Shown: positions 44,510 to 54,463, counted from the first letter of the stretch. The stretch: 64,000 nt of DNA from Thiogranum sp. (GCA_024636585.1 JAGXGS010000021.1:59722-123721), one strand, 5' to 3'. Program-made: numbers and translations. Notes: generated by a model from the letters alone, not told the origin.

Positions 44510-44677
44510 ATGCTTTATTGGGCAGTGGTTTTTCTCGTAGTAGCAATCGTAGCCGGACTTCTCGGATTCTCCGGCATTGCCGGTGCAGCAACTAATATCG
44601 CCTGGATACTGTTCGTGATTGGCATCATCGTGGCCCTGGTCCTGTTTATTTCCGGGCGAGGTCGCGCGGCGCGTTGA
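44510..44677 (+). CDS. DUF1328 / UPF0391 (YtjA-like) small membrane protein
   Basis: Own translation MLYWAVVFLVVAIVAGLLGFSGIAGAATNIAWILFVIGIIVALVLFISGRGRAAR; TAAGGAGG RBS; absent from the ORF track. Confidence 0.93.
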   Translation: MLYWAVVFLVVAIVAGLLGFSGIAGAATNIAWILFVIGIIVALVLFISGRGRAAR

Positions 44678-44694
44678 GCGCTTCTGCCGTATCA

Positions 44695-44855
44695 GACGGG
44701 TGATACTCCACGTCATGGTGGAGTCATACGTCATTACGAGGAACGCGGTGACGATATTCCACGTCATTGCGAGGAACAGAGTGACGCGGCAATCTGTGGA
44801 CTTGCATCTACACCGGCGTGAGATTGCCGCGCTGCGCTCGCGATGACGGGTGATA
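44695..44855. repeat. REP-like repeat cluster (partial tandem copies plus inverted pair)
   Basis: CGTCATTACGAGGAACGCGGTGACG; CGTCATTGCGAGGAACAGAGTGACGCGGCAATCT; AGATTGCCGCGCTGCGCTCGCGATGACG. Flanked by GACGGGTGATA twice. Confidence 0.78.
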
Positions 44856-44944
44856 AGGCCCGGCGCACGGTGCAAATCACCCCTGTTGGGGGTACCAACC
44901 TGAACCCGGTCCGCTGCCAGGCTTTGCCCGCGCGGAAAACAGAC

Positions 44945-44960
44945 TGGCACCGCTATTGCA
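44945..44960 (+). promoter_or_regulatory. sigma54 -24/-12 promoter
   Basis: TGGCAC-CGCTA-TTGCA, a consensus match. Confidence 0.75.
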
Positions 44961-45022
44961 ACTTGTGCAGTACCGCCCGGGCAGTCCGGGTTTGACAGAA
45001 TCTCAACACGAGGAGAAGACAC

Positions 45023-45748
45023 ATGACACTTACAAAACATGCATTGGCGATAGCCATATCTTTCACAATGGGCGCCACAGCCTACGCAGCCGAGGACATG
45101 AAATCCGGAATGGGACAGCAGCAGCCGGGTGCACAGACAGAAGCGGGCCAGGAGCGCCAGGGCATGATGACGGCGCAACCCGCTCCCGATCAGCCGCTGA
45201 TGTACAAAAGCGCCGACGACATCATTGGTATGAATGTGAAGAATCAGAACGATGAAGACATCGGCAGCGTCGATAATGTCGTTGTTGATCCGGACACCAA
45301 TGAGTTGTACGCGGTCGTATCGGTTGGAGGTGTTCTCGGCATCGGCGACAGGAAGGTTCCAATGGAACTGAGCCAGCTGGAATTACGCGACGAAAGTCTG
45401 ATCAGCCGCACCCAACTATCCGAGGACGAACTGAAAAATCGTCCGAAGTATATCGCCACCAACTACCGTGAGCTCGAAGGTGATCGGGTGCTTAGGGACG
45501 TTGCCGCTGTCGGACCCGCAGGTGGTGAAAGTTCCCAGCAGTTCGCCCAACTCGACACCAATGGCGATGGCGTCATCAGTCAGCAGGAAGCCCAGCAAAG
45601 CGATACCTTGCAAAACAAGTGGCAGAGGGCTGACATAAATAATGACCAGCAAATCGATCGCGTGGAATTCAGCGCGTTCGAAGAACGCGAGAAACAGCAT
45701 GGCGATTACAAACAATCGGGACAGAAGGAGCAACAGGGACAGCAGTAA
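45023..45748 (+). CDS. Exported PRC-barrel + EF-hand protein
   Basis: Signal peptide; IIGMNVKNQNDEDIGSV...VGGVLGIG; EF-hands DTNGDGVISQQE and DINNDQQIDRVE. Confidence 0.85.
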   Translation: MTLTKHALAIAISFTMGATAYAAEDMKSGMGQQQPGAQTEAGQERQGMMTAQPAPDQPLMYKSADDIIGMNVKNQNDEDIGSVDNVVVDPDTNELYAVVSVGGVLGIGDRKVPMELSQLELRDESLISRTQLSEDELKNRPKYIATNYRELEGDRVLRDVAAVGPAGGESSQQFAQLDTNGDGVISQQEAQQSDTLQNKWQRADINNDQQIDRVEFSAFEEREKQHGDYKQSGQKEQQGQQ

Positions 45749-45787
45749 CCACCAGCGCATTACGACCCGCCCTCGTGCGGGTTCTTT

Positions 45788-45814
45788 ACGGCGGCCCCCG
45801 GCCGCCGTTTTTTT
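45788..45814 (+). terminator. Rho-independent terminator
   Basis: ACGGCGGCC-CCC-GGCCGCCGT followed by a T run. Confidence 0.75.
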
Positions 45815-45830
45815 GTCCGCGTCTTTCGCC

Positions 45831-46940
45831 CTAGTCGATGATACGCGCCACTGACTTGGCTGTGCCCACCCGCTCCAGCGTTACCTTGACACACACCAGA
45901 ATCGGGACCGTCAACAGGGCGCCGACAATGCCCCATAGCCAGAACCAGAACATCAGCGACACGAAAATCAACAGCGGATTAAGGGTCAGACGCGTACCCG
46001 CGGCCATCGGTGTGATGACGTATCCTTCCAGCGACGTTATCGATAGAAACAGCACCGGCACCAACAGCGCGTGGCCGATGCTCGGATAGGTCAACAGGGC
46101 TACCATACCCAGGATCACCGCGGTCACAGCCGGTCCGAGGTACGGCATGTAATTCAACAACGCAGTAACAACGCCCCAGAGCACCGGGTTGGGCATCCCG
46201 ATCAGATACATGACTACCGCCACGATAATACCGAGCAGCAGGTTGATTACAGTGATGGTGGCGAGGTAGCGGGAAATCGCCTCTTCTATCTCCTGCGCAA
46301 TCTCCACGATCTGGCGCTGCTCGTGAAAATGCGGAAGACTCGAAATGACGTTACGGTACAGTCGCTCGCCCCAGCCGAGAATGAAAAACAGCAGGATAAG
46401 CGTGGTGAAAATCCCAACCACCGCCTCGCCGGTCTGGAGCAGCAGGCGCTCATTGAGGCCAGTTTGCTTGAGGATGACCGCGGGCTCTGATTGATCCCCG
46501 ATCTGCCCGAGTTTTTCCACCTGGGCAGCCGCCGCCTTGACGTCCTCCATGGTTCCCTCGGTCGCCGTATCGATCCGGTACTGGAGCTGCTGCAGCGCCC
46601 GCGGCGCCTCCAGAAGCCACTGGCTGGCCGGTTCCCTGAGACTGAAAATACCGACCGCCAGAGCACTTGCAATAATCAACACCAGCAGCACTGAACTGAG
46701 CGGTAAAGGCACATGCCAGCGTGCCAGACCACGGACCACCGGACGCAGTACAAAGCTCAGCAACAGCGCCATCGCCATCGGCAGCAGCACCGGCCGCCCG
46801 ACGTACAGCGCCGCCAGCAGCGCCAGCACCAGAAGGCTTACCATTACCAGACGTATCTGCCGCAAATTGCGATGCAGCCGCTCACTGCGCGCAGCGCGTT
46901 CCGCCGCGGCCTGCGATGGAGGGGAAACAGGGTCCGTCAT
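45831..46940 (-). CDS. AI-2E family transporter
   Basis: Multi-TM; LNYMPYLGP; LEGYVITP; WGIVGALLTVP. Confidence 0.88.
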   Translation of the reverse strand: MTDPVSPPSQAAAERAARSERLHRNLRQIRLVMVSLLVLALLAALYVGRPVLLPMAMALLLSFVLRPVVRGLARWHVPLPLSSVLLVLIIASALAVGIFSLREPASQWLLEAPRALQQLQYRIDTATEGTMEDVKAAAAQVEKLGQIGDQSEPAVILKQTGLNERLLLQTGEAVVGIFTTLILLFFILGWGERLYRNVISSLPHFHEQRQIVEIAQEIEEAISRYLATITVINLLLGIIVAVVMYLIGMPNPVLWGVVTALLNYMPYLGPAVTAVILGMVALLTYPSIGHALLVPVLFLSITSLEGYVITPMAAGTRLTLNPLLIFVSLMFWFWLWGIVGALLTVPILVCVKVTLERVGTAKSVARIID

Positions 46941-47002
46941 GGCAGCGCGTGAAGCATAAGCCGGGTATCAACCGCTGTGCATGGATCTCTCACCGTTCTG
47001 CT

Positions 47003-47176
47003 TCAGTGTTTCAGAATAACGTACAGCGCGTGAATGACGCCGGGGATGAATCCCAGCAGGGTGAGCAGAATGTTCAACCAAAAGTGTCCTTTGAACCCGA
47101 CTTCGGTGAAAACACCCACCGGGGGCAGCAGGATGGCGAGAATAATCTTGAACGGATCGGTCGCGGTAACAGGCAT
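47003..47176 (-). CDS. YqaE/Pmp3-family small membrane protein
   Basis: Own translation MPVTATDPFKIILAILLPPVGVFTEVGFKGHFWLNILLTLLGFIPGVIHALYVILKH; AGGAG RBS; absent from the ORF track. Confidence 0.93.
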   Translation of the reverse strand: MPVTATDPFKIILAILLPPVGVFTEVGFKGHFWLNILLTLLGFIPGVIHALYVILKH

Positions 47177-47220
47177 TTCCAGCTCCTAATATTTATTTCC
47201 GGTTGTTTCCCTGCATTTGA

Positions 47221-47272
47221 AGCAATTCGTATGCCCGTTCTCACACGAGCAGCTGGCGGTGTGGTTATTGCT
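47221..47272. promoter_or_regulatory. Divergent sigma54-like promoters (YqaE leftward, DUF4112 rightward)
   Basis: Minus strand GGGCAT-ACGAA-TTGCT (47236-47221); plus strand CGGTGT-GGTTA-TTGCT (47257-47272). Confidence 0.55.
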
Positions 47273-47318
47273 TGAGTGAAATGACAATTACCGATATTCA
47301 GAATCGGAGGATACGTCT

Positions 47319-47807
47319 ATGCCGGAAAGGACCAGCGACACCCGCACTGAACGCAATCGCCAACGCGCCACGCTGCAGCGACTCGCGCACGTAATGGACA
47401 GCGCGATTCCGCTACCGGGCGGATTGCGCATCGGAATGGACGGCATTATTGGACTGATACCCGGCGTCGGCGATGCGATCGGAGCCGCCGTGTCATCGTA
47501 CCTCGTCATACAGGCCAACAGCCTGGGAGTATCGCGCGCGGTGCTGATGCGCATGTTCGGAAACATCATCATCGATGCTGCGCTGGGTGCGGTGCCGGTG
47601 GTCGGCGACCTGTTCGACTTCGCCTGGAAAGCCAATCGCCGCAATATCAAGCTCCTCGAAGATGCACTCGCCGAACCGCACCGGACACGTCGTCGCAGCG
47701 CTCTGGTTGTCACCGCCCTGGTGATCGGGGTGCTGGCACTGGCGGTGCTCGTCACAGTTTCCGCAGTGGCGCTGGTGCGCTGGGTCTGGACCAGCCTCGG
47801 CGGCTAA
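47319..47807 (+). CDS. DUF4112 membrane protein
   Basis: MDSAIPLPG..IGMDGIIGLIPGVGD...VPVVGDLFDFAWKANRRN. Confidence 0.9.
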   Translation: MPERTSDTRTERNRQRATLQRLAHVMDSAIPLPGGLRIGMDGIIGLIPGVGDAIGAAVSSYLVIQANSLGVSRAVLMRMFGNIIIDAALGAVPVVGDLFDFAWKANRRNIKLLEDALAEPHRTRRRSALVVTALVIGVLALAVLVTVSAVALVRWVWTSLGG

Positions 47808-47821
47808 GTTCCGCGCTGGCA

Positions 47822-48862
47822 ATGCAGCAACCGTCATTTCCCACCGATTCGCAACTGATCATGGTACTGGCGCTGACGGTTTTCTTTGGCGCTTTGTTTC
47901 TGGCCTTTCAGCGCATCTACACAGTGCTGTTACTGATCTTCCTCGGAATCGTGCTGGCCATATTTCTGGATGCGGTGGCGCGCGGCATTGCGCGCCTGAC
48001 GCACCTCCGCAGGGGCTGGTCGGTTGCCATCAGCCTGCTGCTGTTGCTGGCGATTGCGGGGCTGAGTGCCGCCTGGACAGTGCCGCGCATTGCTGAGGAT
48101 GTGGTACAACTGAGCGAGCGCCTGCCGCAATCGCTGGCGACGCTCGAACACACGCTGCGGGATCGTGAATGGGGCCGCACGCTCCTCGATAAACTGTCGA
48201 CGGTGGAGGATCGCTTCAGTCTGGCGGAGACTGCGCGGCGGTTCCTCGGCGTGTTCTCGACTGTGGTCGGCGGTATCACCGGCGCGGTGATCATCTTCGT
48301 GCTGGGCATTTATTTCGCGTTCGAACCACGTACTTATACCCAGGGCACACTGTCGCTGATCCCGCCGGCGCGACGCGCGCACAGCAGCGAGGTGCTGCGC
48401 GAACTCGGGTATGCACTGCGCTGGTGGCTGCTCGGGCGGATGCTGTCGATGCTGGTGGTGTTCGGGCTGACGTGGATCGGACTGACACTGCTGGGGGTGC
48501 CGCTCGCATTCCTGCTCGCAGCGATCGCCGGACTGCTTTCGTTTATCCCGAACATCGGTCCACTACTGTCGCTGGTGCCGGCGGTGCTGGTGCCGCTCGG
48601 CCAAAGCTGGCATCAGGCGGTGTACGTGGTGTTCCTGTATGCCGGTGTGCAGGCTCTGGAGAGCTATCTGATTACGCCGATGATTCAGCGCAAGACCGTT
48701 TCGCTGCCGCCTGCCCTGTTGCTGGTGTTTCAATTGCTGATGGGCATACTGGCGGGCTTTCTCGGTCTGTTCGTTGCGACGCCACTGCTGGTGGTGATCA
48801 TGGTGCTGGTCAAGATGCTGTACATACAGGATCAGTTCGGCGAACGCGCCTCACTGCCCTGA
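47822..48862 (+). CDS. AI-2E family transporter
   Basis: LSFIPNIGP; QALESYLITP; GLFVATPL. Confidence 0.88.
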   Translation: MQQPSFPTDSQLIMVLALTVFFGALFLAFQRIYTVLLLIFLGIVLAIFLDAVARGIARLTHLRRGWSVAISLLLLLAIAGLSAAWTVPRIAEDVVQLSERLPQSLATLEHTLRDREWGRTLLDKLSTVEDRFSLAETARRFLGVFSTVVGGITGAVIIFVLGIYFAFEPRTYTQGTLSLIPPARRAHSSEVLRELGYALRWWLLGRMLSMLVVFGLTWIGLTLLGVPLAFLLAAIAGLLSFIPNIGPLLSLVPAVLVPLGQSWHQAVYVVFLYAGVQALESYLITPMIQRKTVSLPPALLLVFQLLMGILAGFLGLFVATPLLVVIMVLVKMLYIQDQFGERASLP

Positions 48863-48876
48863 ATCCTGTGGATTAA

Positions 48877-49848
48877 TTATTCGCCGGGGAGATGATCGGC
48901 GACATAAGCGCCGCGCTGGCCCCGCTCCTGATCGCCCTGATAAGTCGTGTCGCGCGCCGTCTGGTGCTCCAGTTCGGCATTTAACTCGGCACCCAGCAAC
49001 ATCATTAGCGCCGTAATGAACAGCCACATCAGCAGTATGATCACCGCACCGAGCGAGCCGTAGGTCGCATTGTAGTTACTGAAGTTCGAGACATAGTAGG
49101 AAAACAGTCCCGACGCGATCAGCCACAGCACCAGTGCAATACCGGCGCCCCATGACACCCACTGCCAGCGCGCCTGGCGCCGGTTTGGCGCATAACGGTA
49201 GATGACCGCCAGTGCGAACAGCACTACGGCCGCCAGCACCGGCCAGCGCAGCCAGTTCACTGCCGTCTCGGCAATAGCGCCGAGCCCGAGAAAATTCAGG
49301 GCGATCGGCAGCGCCACGATCAGGCCCACGACCACCACCGCGAGCAGCACCAGGAACAGCGTCAGAGTGAAGGCCACCGCATTCAGGCGCAGGAAGCCGC
49401 GCTGCTCGTGCTCGCTATAGGCAATGTTGAGCGCCTTGATCAGGGACTTTGTGCCCCTGGTCGTGCTCCACAGCGCCAGCAGGATTGCCACGATCAACCC
49501 GACGCCGAGTGCATTACTGCTCGCCGGCGACGCGAGTTGCTGCAGCTGACCCTGCAGCAGCTCATAAGCCTCTCCGGGCAGTATGGTGCGCAGCTGCGAA
49601 AACTGCTCGGTGACCTGCGCGGGATCGGACAGTAATCCATACACTGAAACCAGCGCTGCAAGTGCCGGAAATAATGCCAGCAGGCCGTAAAAGGCGACCC
49701 CCGCCGACACCAGCCCGATATCGTCATCCGACACCTTGTGCCGGACCCGGTTCAGCACCTGCTTCCAGCCGCGTGCGGGAATACCCCGCGGAGTACGCGC
49801 GGCACGGCCCCGATCGGACTGCTCCGCCGGGTCAGCGTAACTGCTCAC
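48877..49848 (-). CDS. YihY/BrkB-family membrane protein
   Basis: AGVAFYGLLALFP; YNATYGSLGAVIILLMWL; GAELNAE. Confidence 0.9.
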   Translation of the reverse strand: MSSYADPAEQSDRGRAARTPRGIPARGWKQVLNRVRHKVSDDDIGLVSAGVAFYGLLALFPALAALVSVYGLLSDPAQVTEQFSQLRTILPGEAYELLQGQLQQLASPASSNALGVGLIVAILLALWSTTRGTKSLIKALNIAYSEHEQRGFLRLNAVAFTLTLFLVLLAVVVVGLIVALPIALNFLGLGAIAETAVNWLRWPVLAAVVLFALAVIYRYAPNRRQARWQWVSWGAGIALVLWLIASGLFSYYVSNFSNYNATYGSLGAVIILLMWLFITALMMLLGAELNAELEHQTARDTTYQGDQERGQRGAYVADHLPGE

Positions 49849-49881
49849 TGCACAGTACTCTTCCCGCAGCAGCGGCGTCGC

Positions 49882-51084
49882 TCAGCCATTGTCCCGCTGC
49901 TCCTGCCGCGCGGCGTCGCGGGCGGCCGCTGCCACCCTTTCGACCTTTTCCCGGGCCCGGTGCACTTCCTCTTCGACCGCAGCCGCACTGAGGCCCTGAT
50001 GTTGTGCTTCGGCGCGCGTGGCTTCGGCCACCTGTTCCGCACGTTCGCGCCATTCGCGCCCTTCCTCTCGCAGGCCTTCGCCGCTCAGGCCCTGGGCGCG
50101 TGCCTCTGCCATGGCCGCATCGCGCGCGGCAGCAGCGGTCCGACGGCCACGCTCGGTCTGTGCCTCCATTTCCGCCCGGGCCCTGCCCTTGAGTTCATCG
50201 CTGGTCTTCCCGAACAGCCGGTCTTCACGGCGCGTCTCCGGGAGCGCCGTACCCAGCGCGGTGCCGGCCGCCAGGCCCACTGCGATCAGAGACAACGGAT
50301 AGCGCTCGATCAGGTCGCCGGCCTGGTGTGCGGCCGAGCGGGCTCGAGTGGCGGTTGTGTGCCGCGCCTGCCGCGCACGCCGCCAGGCATTGTCGCGCGC
50401 CTGACGGCTGCGTTCGCGCACGTCGGCGCTGGCTGCGGCCATGCGCGCCCCGGCGCTGTCGATTCGCGCCCGCGCCTGTTCTCCCAGTTCGCCGGCAGCG
50501 CTACGCGCTTTCTCGGACCATTCGCCGACCTTTTCCGACGCCTGCGATGCGGCGGAACCGCCTTTGTCTCTCCACTCGTCCATGTGCGCGCCGGCGCGGC
50601 CGCTGCGCGACTGGTATTCGCCCAGGGATTCGGAGCCGAGATCTTCGTAGATGATGAGGTCGATCTCGTCCTCCTCGAACGGGTATTCCTGTTCCAGGTA
50701 CTGGGCATAGATATCGGCCATGCCGCCCTGTCGTGCGGCCTCCTCGACGTGGCGTTCGACGTCGCGTTCGCCTCCCGGTGCCGCAGCGGAACCCGGGCCA
50801 CGCTGGCCTGCCATCAGCCATGCCAGTCCGATGCCGGTGAGTGCCATCGGCACCGGATTGTCCCTGGCAGTCCGCATCAGATTGGCAAAGAATTCACCAG
50901 ACCCGCTTTTCATGTAGCGCAGCCCCTCATCCAGCAGTTCCCCGGGGGACAGTTTGTCACCGAGCGCCGAAAGCGTGCGATCCAGATTTTCGCGATGCCG
51001 TTCAATGTCCTCGTGCAATTCCTGCGAACTGCGTGCGCCATTGGTCCGCGCATCGCCATTCCCATGTACTTCTGGATTTCTCAT
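49882..51084 (-). CDS. DUF3618 domain protein
   Basis: ELHEDIERHRENLDRTLSALGDKLSPG; NPVP..L.GIG; LPETRREDRLFG. Confidence 0.82.
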   Translation of the reverse strand: MRNPEVHGNGDARTNGARSSQELHEDIERHRENLDRTLSALGDKLSPGELLDEGLRYMKSGSGEFFANLMRTARDNPVPMALTGIGLAWLMAGQRGPGSAAAPGGERDVERHVEEAARQGGMADIYAQYLEQEYPFEEDEIDLIIYEDLGSESLGEYQSRSGRAGAHMDEWRDKGGSAASQASEKVGEWSEKARSAAGELGEQARARIDSAGARMAAASADVRERSRQARDNAWRRARQARHTTATRARSAAHQAGDLIERYPLSLIAVGLAAGTALGTALPETRREDRLFGKTSDELKGRARAEMEAQTERGRRTAAAARDAAMAEARAQGLSGEGLREEGREWRERAEQVAEATRAEAQHQGLSAAAVEEEVHRAREKVERVAAAARDAARQEQRDNG

Positions 51085-51509
51085 GTGTTAGTCCTCCTGA
51101 ACAGGCGGCTGTCGCGCCGCACTTCATCCAGCGTCTGCTGCGGTTTCAGATTCTTCGCCCTGACCTTCTTGCGCCCGCTCAGCAGCATGATCAGACCGAT
51201 CAGTGCAACCACACCGCCAACGATCAGAGGCGCGGCCCAGGCCTGCTGCTCCAGCGGGATGACCATCAGCAGCCCTGCCACCGCGGCATCCAGCAGCACC
51301 AGCAGTCCTGCGAACAGCACCAGCGCTCCCATTCCGAGATTGCGCAGGCCGCTACCCAGTTGCGAGATCTTTTCCGAGACCTCGGCTTTTGCGAGGTCGA
51401 CCTCGTCCTGCACCAGTGCCGTACTCTCGTGGGTGAAATCCCGGATCAATTGGGCAATCGAACGGCTTTCCCGATGAAAACCCTTGGTATCGTGCATTTC
51501 AGCTGACAT
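51081..51509 (-). CDS. Phage-holin-like (YhjD/DUF1469-type) membrane protein
   Basis: SIAQLIRD...LVQDEVDLAKAEV; two TMs; P..T..V..D. Confidence 0.85.
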   Translation of the reverse strand: MSAEMHDTKGFHRESRSIAQLIRDFTHESTALVQDEVDLAKAEVSEKISQLGSGLRNLGMGALVLFAGLLVLLDAAVAGLLMVIPLEQQAWAAPLIVGGVVALIGLIMLLSGRKKVRAKNLKPQQTLDEVRRDSRLFRRTNT

Positions 51510-51523
51510 AATTTTCCCTCCAC

Positions 51524-52081
51524 TCAGTAGGCCGAACGCTCGAGGTCCGGTGAATTGGTCGTTGCGTAAGATTCACTCCGCGATTCCGCTTCCGGCTCGG
51601 AACTCTTGAGCAGTCGCGCCAGCAGGAAGCCAACCGCGACGGCACCGCCGAAGGCCAGGCCCGGCTGGCGGCGCGCATAGGTCTGACCCTGCTGCCACAG
51701 TTCCTGGGCGGATTTGCTCTCCAGCCAGCGTGCCAGGTCTTCGGTGCCGACGGCGGCACGCCGCCAGTAGTTCGCTACGGTGTCGCGATTCTGCGTCTCG
51801 AGCGAACCGGCGCTCTCCTGCATTGCGTCGGCAATCGCCTGCACGTTCTCGGCGATTGCGGATTGCCGCTCATCGACATAGTCATGCAGTTGTTGACGCG
51901 CGGTACCGGCCGCTTCTCGCACCGCTGTCAGCGACTCTTCGCGCAGCGTTTCGTACTCGTCCTTGACAGCACCGGCGACTTCACCGGCGGCCTCACGCAT
52001 ACCTTCTCCTGATAGAGCACTCTGGTGCGGCGTTTCGGGCGTCCCGGGATCCGCCGGGGAACGGGTGGTTTCATCTTGCAT
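51524..52081 (-). CDS. Helical stress-island hypothetical protein with C-terminal membrane anchor
   Basis: GGAGG RBS before ATG 52081; ARRQPGLAFGGAVAVGFLLARLLKSS; usual neighbour of holin-like and DUF3618 genes. Confidence 0.75.
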   Translation of the reverse strand: MQDETTRSPADPGTPETPHQSALSGEGMREAAGEVAGAVKDEYETLREESLTAVREAAGTARQQLHDYVDERQSAIAENVQAIADAMQESAGSLETQNRDTVANYWRRAAVGTEDLARWLESKSAQELWQQGQTYARRQPGLAFGGAVAVGFLLARLLKSSEPEAESRSESYATTNSPDLERSAY

Positions 52082-52288
52082 GTCAGACCTCCAGATGGTC
52101 ATAGGCTTTTGCTGTATCACTTGTCTATCAAGAACTGTGCCGCAACCATCGTTTGCCGCACGCTGCTGCCCGGTCGCCAGGCTCGGCAATCAATCGCTGT
52201 GCCGGCGAGCTTCAGGTGTTGTGATATGAGCCAGGAGGCGGTGGAAAAGCACCAGGAATACGCCCGCTGCCAGCGCGTCATTAGCCGG

Positions 52289-53038
52289 TCACGCGGGTCC
52301 GGAACCGGTGTCCGTATCACCGGCTTCCTCTTCAACCATGCGGCGACGCTGCAGGTGGTAAATGAGCAGCCAGCAGAACATCGCCCAGGCCGCGCCGGCA
52401 CTCCATCCGGCGAGCACATCGGTCGGCCAGTGAACACCCAGATAAACGCGGCTGACACCAACCAGCGCGGTAATCACCAGCGCCGTCGTCAGCACATAGA
52501 TTTTGATGACGCGGGCGCGGTGCGCGCGGGCCAGAATCGCCGCCAGCGTCAGGTACACGATCGCTGCATTCATTGAATGGCCACTCGGGAAACTGGCGGT
52601 ATAAACCTGCTGGCCGTGCGGCAGGAAATCCGGTCGCGGCCGTGCAAAACCGGCTTTCAACGCCAGGCTCAGCAACAGACCGCCCACCACTGCCAGCAGC
52701 AGGAAGGCGATAGTGCGCGGTTTGTGTTCCAGCACCAGAAAACCCACCGCAGCCAGTGTAATCAGCGTCAGTATCGCGGTGCCGCCGAGTGCCGTGATAT
52801 CGCGTACCGACTGTTCCAGCCAGCCTGGACCAAGTGGATCGGACAGGTCGCCGGGCGTACGCAAGGATTCCAGGACCCACTGATCGAATGCCTGGCTGCT
52901 GCCTTCCAGCACTTCGTCGGCGATCTCGGCGAACGCCCACAGGCCCAGCGCGATGACCAGGAAAAACAGCAGATAATACATGCCATCGCGACTGAACCAG
53001 TTGCGCGCCCGCAGGGGACCTGGAAGTGTTTTCCACAT
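52289..53038 (-). CDS. PAP2-family phosphatase
   Basis: KAGFARPRP; SFPSGH; SRVYLGVHWPTDV. Confidence 0.92.
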   Translation of the reverse strand: MWKTLPGPLRARNWFSRDGMYYLLFFLVIALGLWAFAEIADEVLEGSSQAFDQWVLESLRTPGDLSDPLGPGWLEQSVRDITALGGTAILTLITLAAVGFLVLEHKPRTIAFLLLAVVGGLLLSLALKAGFARPRPDFLPHGQQVYTASFPSGHSMNAAIVYLTLAAILARAHRARVIKIYVLTTALVITALVGVSRVYLGVHWPTDVLAGWSAGAAWAMFCWLLIYHLQRRRMVEEEAGDTDTGSGPA

Positions 53039-53056
53039 AAGCTGCTCCGGTTCCGT

Positions 53057-53308
53057 TTAGAGAATTGGCGATGCAAGACGCGCCAGGCGACTTTTCCAGG
53101 CCTCGCGGCCGTGCAGTTGAAATGTATCCAGCCGGATCTCCTGTGCGTATTCAAGGTCGGCCATAAAGCTGCGTTCGAGTTCCTCCGCGACGCTCTCGTC
53201 ACGGATCACCAATGCCACTTCATCGTTCAGCTTCATGGAACGGTTATCGAGATTGAATGTGCCTACGGTCGCCCAGCAACCGTCAACCACGAACGTCTTG
53301 GCATGCAT
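53057..53308 (-). pseudogene. C-terminal remnant of a cardiolipin synthase/PLD
   Basis: Single HKD motif MHAKTFVVDG...VGTFNLDNRS..LNDE. Only 78 bp separate it from the upstream gene, so the N-terminal part is missing. Confidence 0.78.
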
Positions 53309-53386
53309 CTTCGAGGGCGTCCTGATTCTGACCTTTTATCTGGGCGGTTTTCTGGTGCTGATATTCGGCTTCGACTGAAGTCTCTT

Positions 53387-54442
53387 TCAAGCCATATCCC
53401 GTTCGACCCGCTCGTGTACCTGCGCCAGTGTAGACCCGGATATCCATCCGCGTTGCGCGGCATCCACTGCGATTTCGGCGCTGTTCGGCGCCGCCAGCAT
53501 CGGCACATCGAGCGCGGCCAGTTCCGCCTGCATCGCCGCCAGCTCGCGGGTGCGAGTCCGGGACAGACGCAGATCGCGAATATAGATGCCAGCGACGCGC
53601 TCCGGCTGCTGCCGCGCCAGCCCCACGTACAGTTCGGGGTCGTGCTGGCCACTGTCGCCGATCAATAGCAGCGGCAATTCGGGATAGACAGTCAGAACCC
53701 GCTCCAGCACCTCGCGCTTTTGCCCCGGCGCACGCCGCGGGAACGGGTGCCGCAGGGTGATACCCCAGTCGCGCAGCTGCAACACCGGCCCGATCGGAAT
53801 GTCATGCAGCTGAAAGAACTCCTCCAGGGTCGGATAGATGCTCCATGGACTGCGCGAAACATAAATCAACGGATTTTTTTCTTCTGTATCCGGCCCCGCG
53901 TAGAGGCCGCGATACAGCGCGGCGATGCCGGGAAACGGCACCCGGTCATGGGGACCGCGAGCAAACAGTTGCCACAGCATCTTCAGCTTGTTCGATACAC
54001 CGGTGAAGATGACGGTATCGTCAATGTCGCTGACGATAATGCGCCGGGCGGCAGGCGTCGCTACCAGTATTTCACCGCGAGCGGTGACCGGTTCCTGCCG
54101 CTGCGGTTCGATGAGCTCGACCAGATACTCGCGCCAGAGGGATGTGACATTCTGGGGCGGGAGCTCCAGACATGCTGAAAAATGGCCATGCGTGTCGGCG
54201 GTCACTTCGCGTACCGCGCCGCCGCAATGTACGCGCACGCGTGCGCCCGGAATGCGCGGGCTGGTAGCCAGCCGCATGGCATCGACAATGCGCGTCCACA
54301 GGCGCCGCTGTTCATCGCGGCCAATCGGTCGGCGCATGTGGGCCCGGCGGCCGAATGTCACCTGGCCATTGACGCACACCATGCGGCCATTACCAAAGCC
54401 CCGGAACGGCTGGATCGACACTGGCAGTTTCAGTTCGGACAT
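53387..54442 (-). CDS. App1-family (DUF2183) phosphatidate phosphatase
   Basis: VSDIDDTV (DxDxT); YVSRSPW; LIGDSGQHDPELY; IYIR. Confidence 0.88.
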   Translation of the reverse strand: MSELKLPVSIQPFRGFGNGRMVCVNGQVTFGRRAHMRRPIGRDEQRRLWTRIVDAMRLATSPRIPGARVRVHCGGAVREVTADTHGHFSACLELPPQNVTSLWREYLVELIEPQRQEPVTARGEILVATPAARRIIVSDIDDTVIFTGVSNKLKMLWQLFARGPHDRVPFPGIAALYRGLYAGPDTEEKNPLIYVSRSPWSIYPTLEEFFQLHDIPIGPVLQLRDWGITLRHPFPRRAPGQKREVLERVLTVYPELPLLLIGDSGQHDPELYVGLARQQPERVAGIYIRDLRLSRTRTRELAAMQAELAALDVPMLAAPNSAEIAVDAAQRGWISGSTLAQVHERVERDMA

Positions 54443-54463
54443 TCCGGTCAGATGCAGGTGTCT

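Noticed and set aside
44695-44855. Possible CRISPR array from the repeated CGTCAT units
   Set aside because: Units are degenerate, irregularly spaced and partly inverted, with no cas genes; fits REP-like repeats.
51081-51509. Prophage inferred from the holin-like gene and the retropepsin-like protease
   Set aside because: No phage structural, lysis or integrase genes; these families are normal in stress islands.
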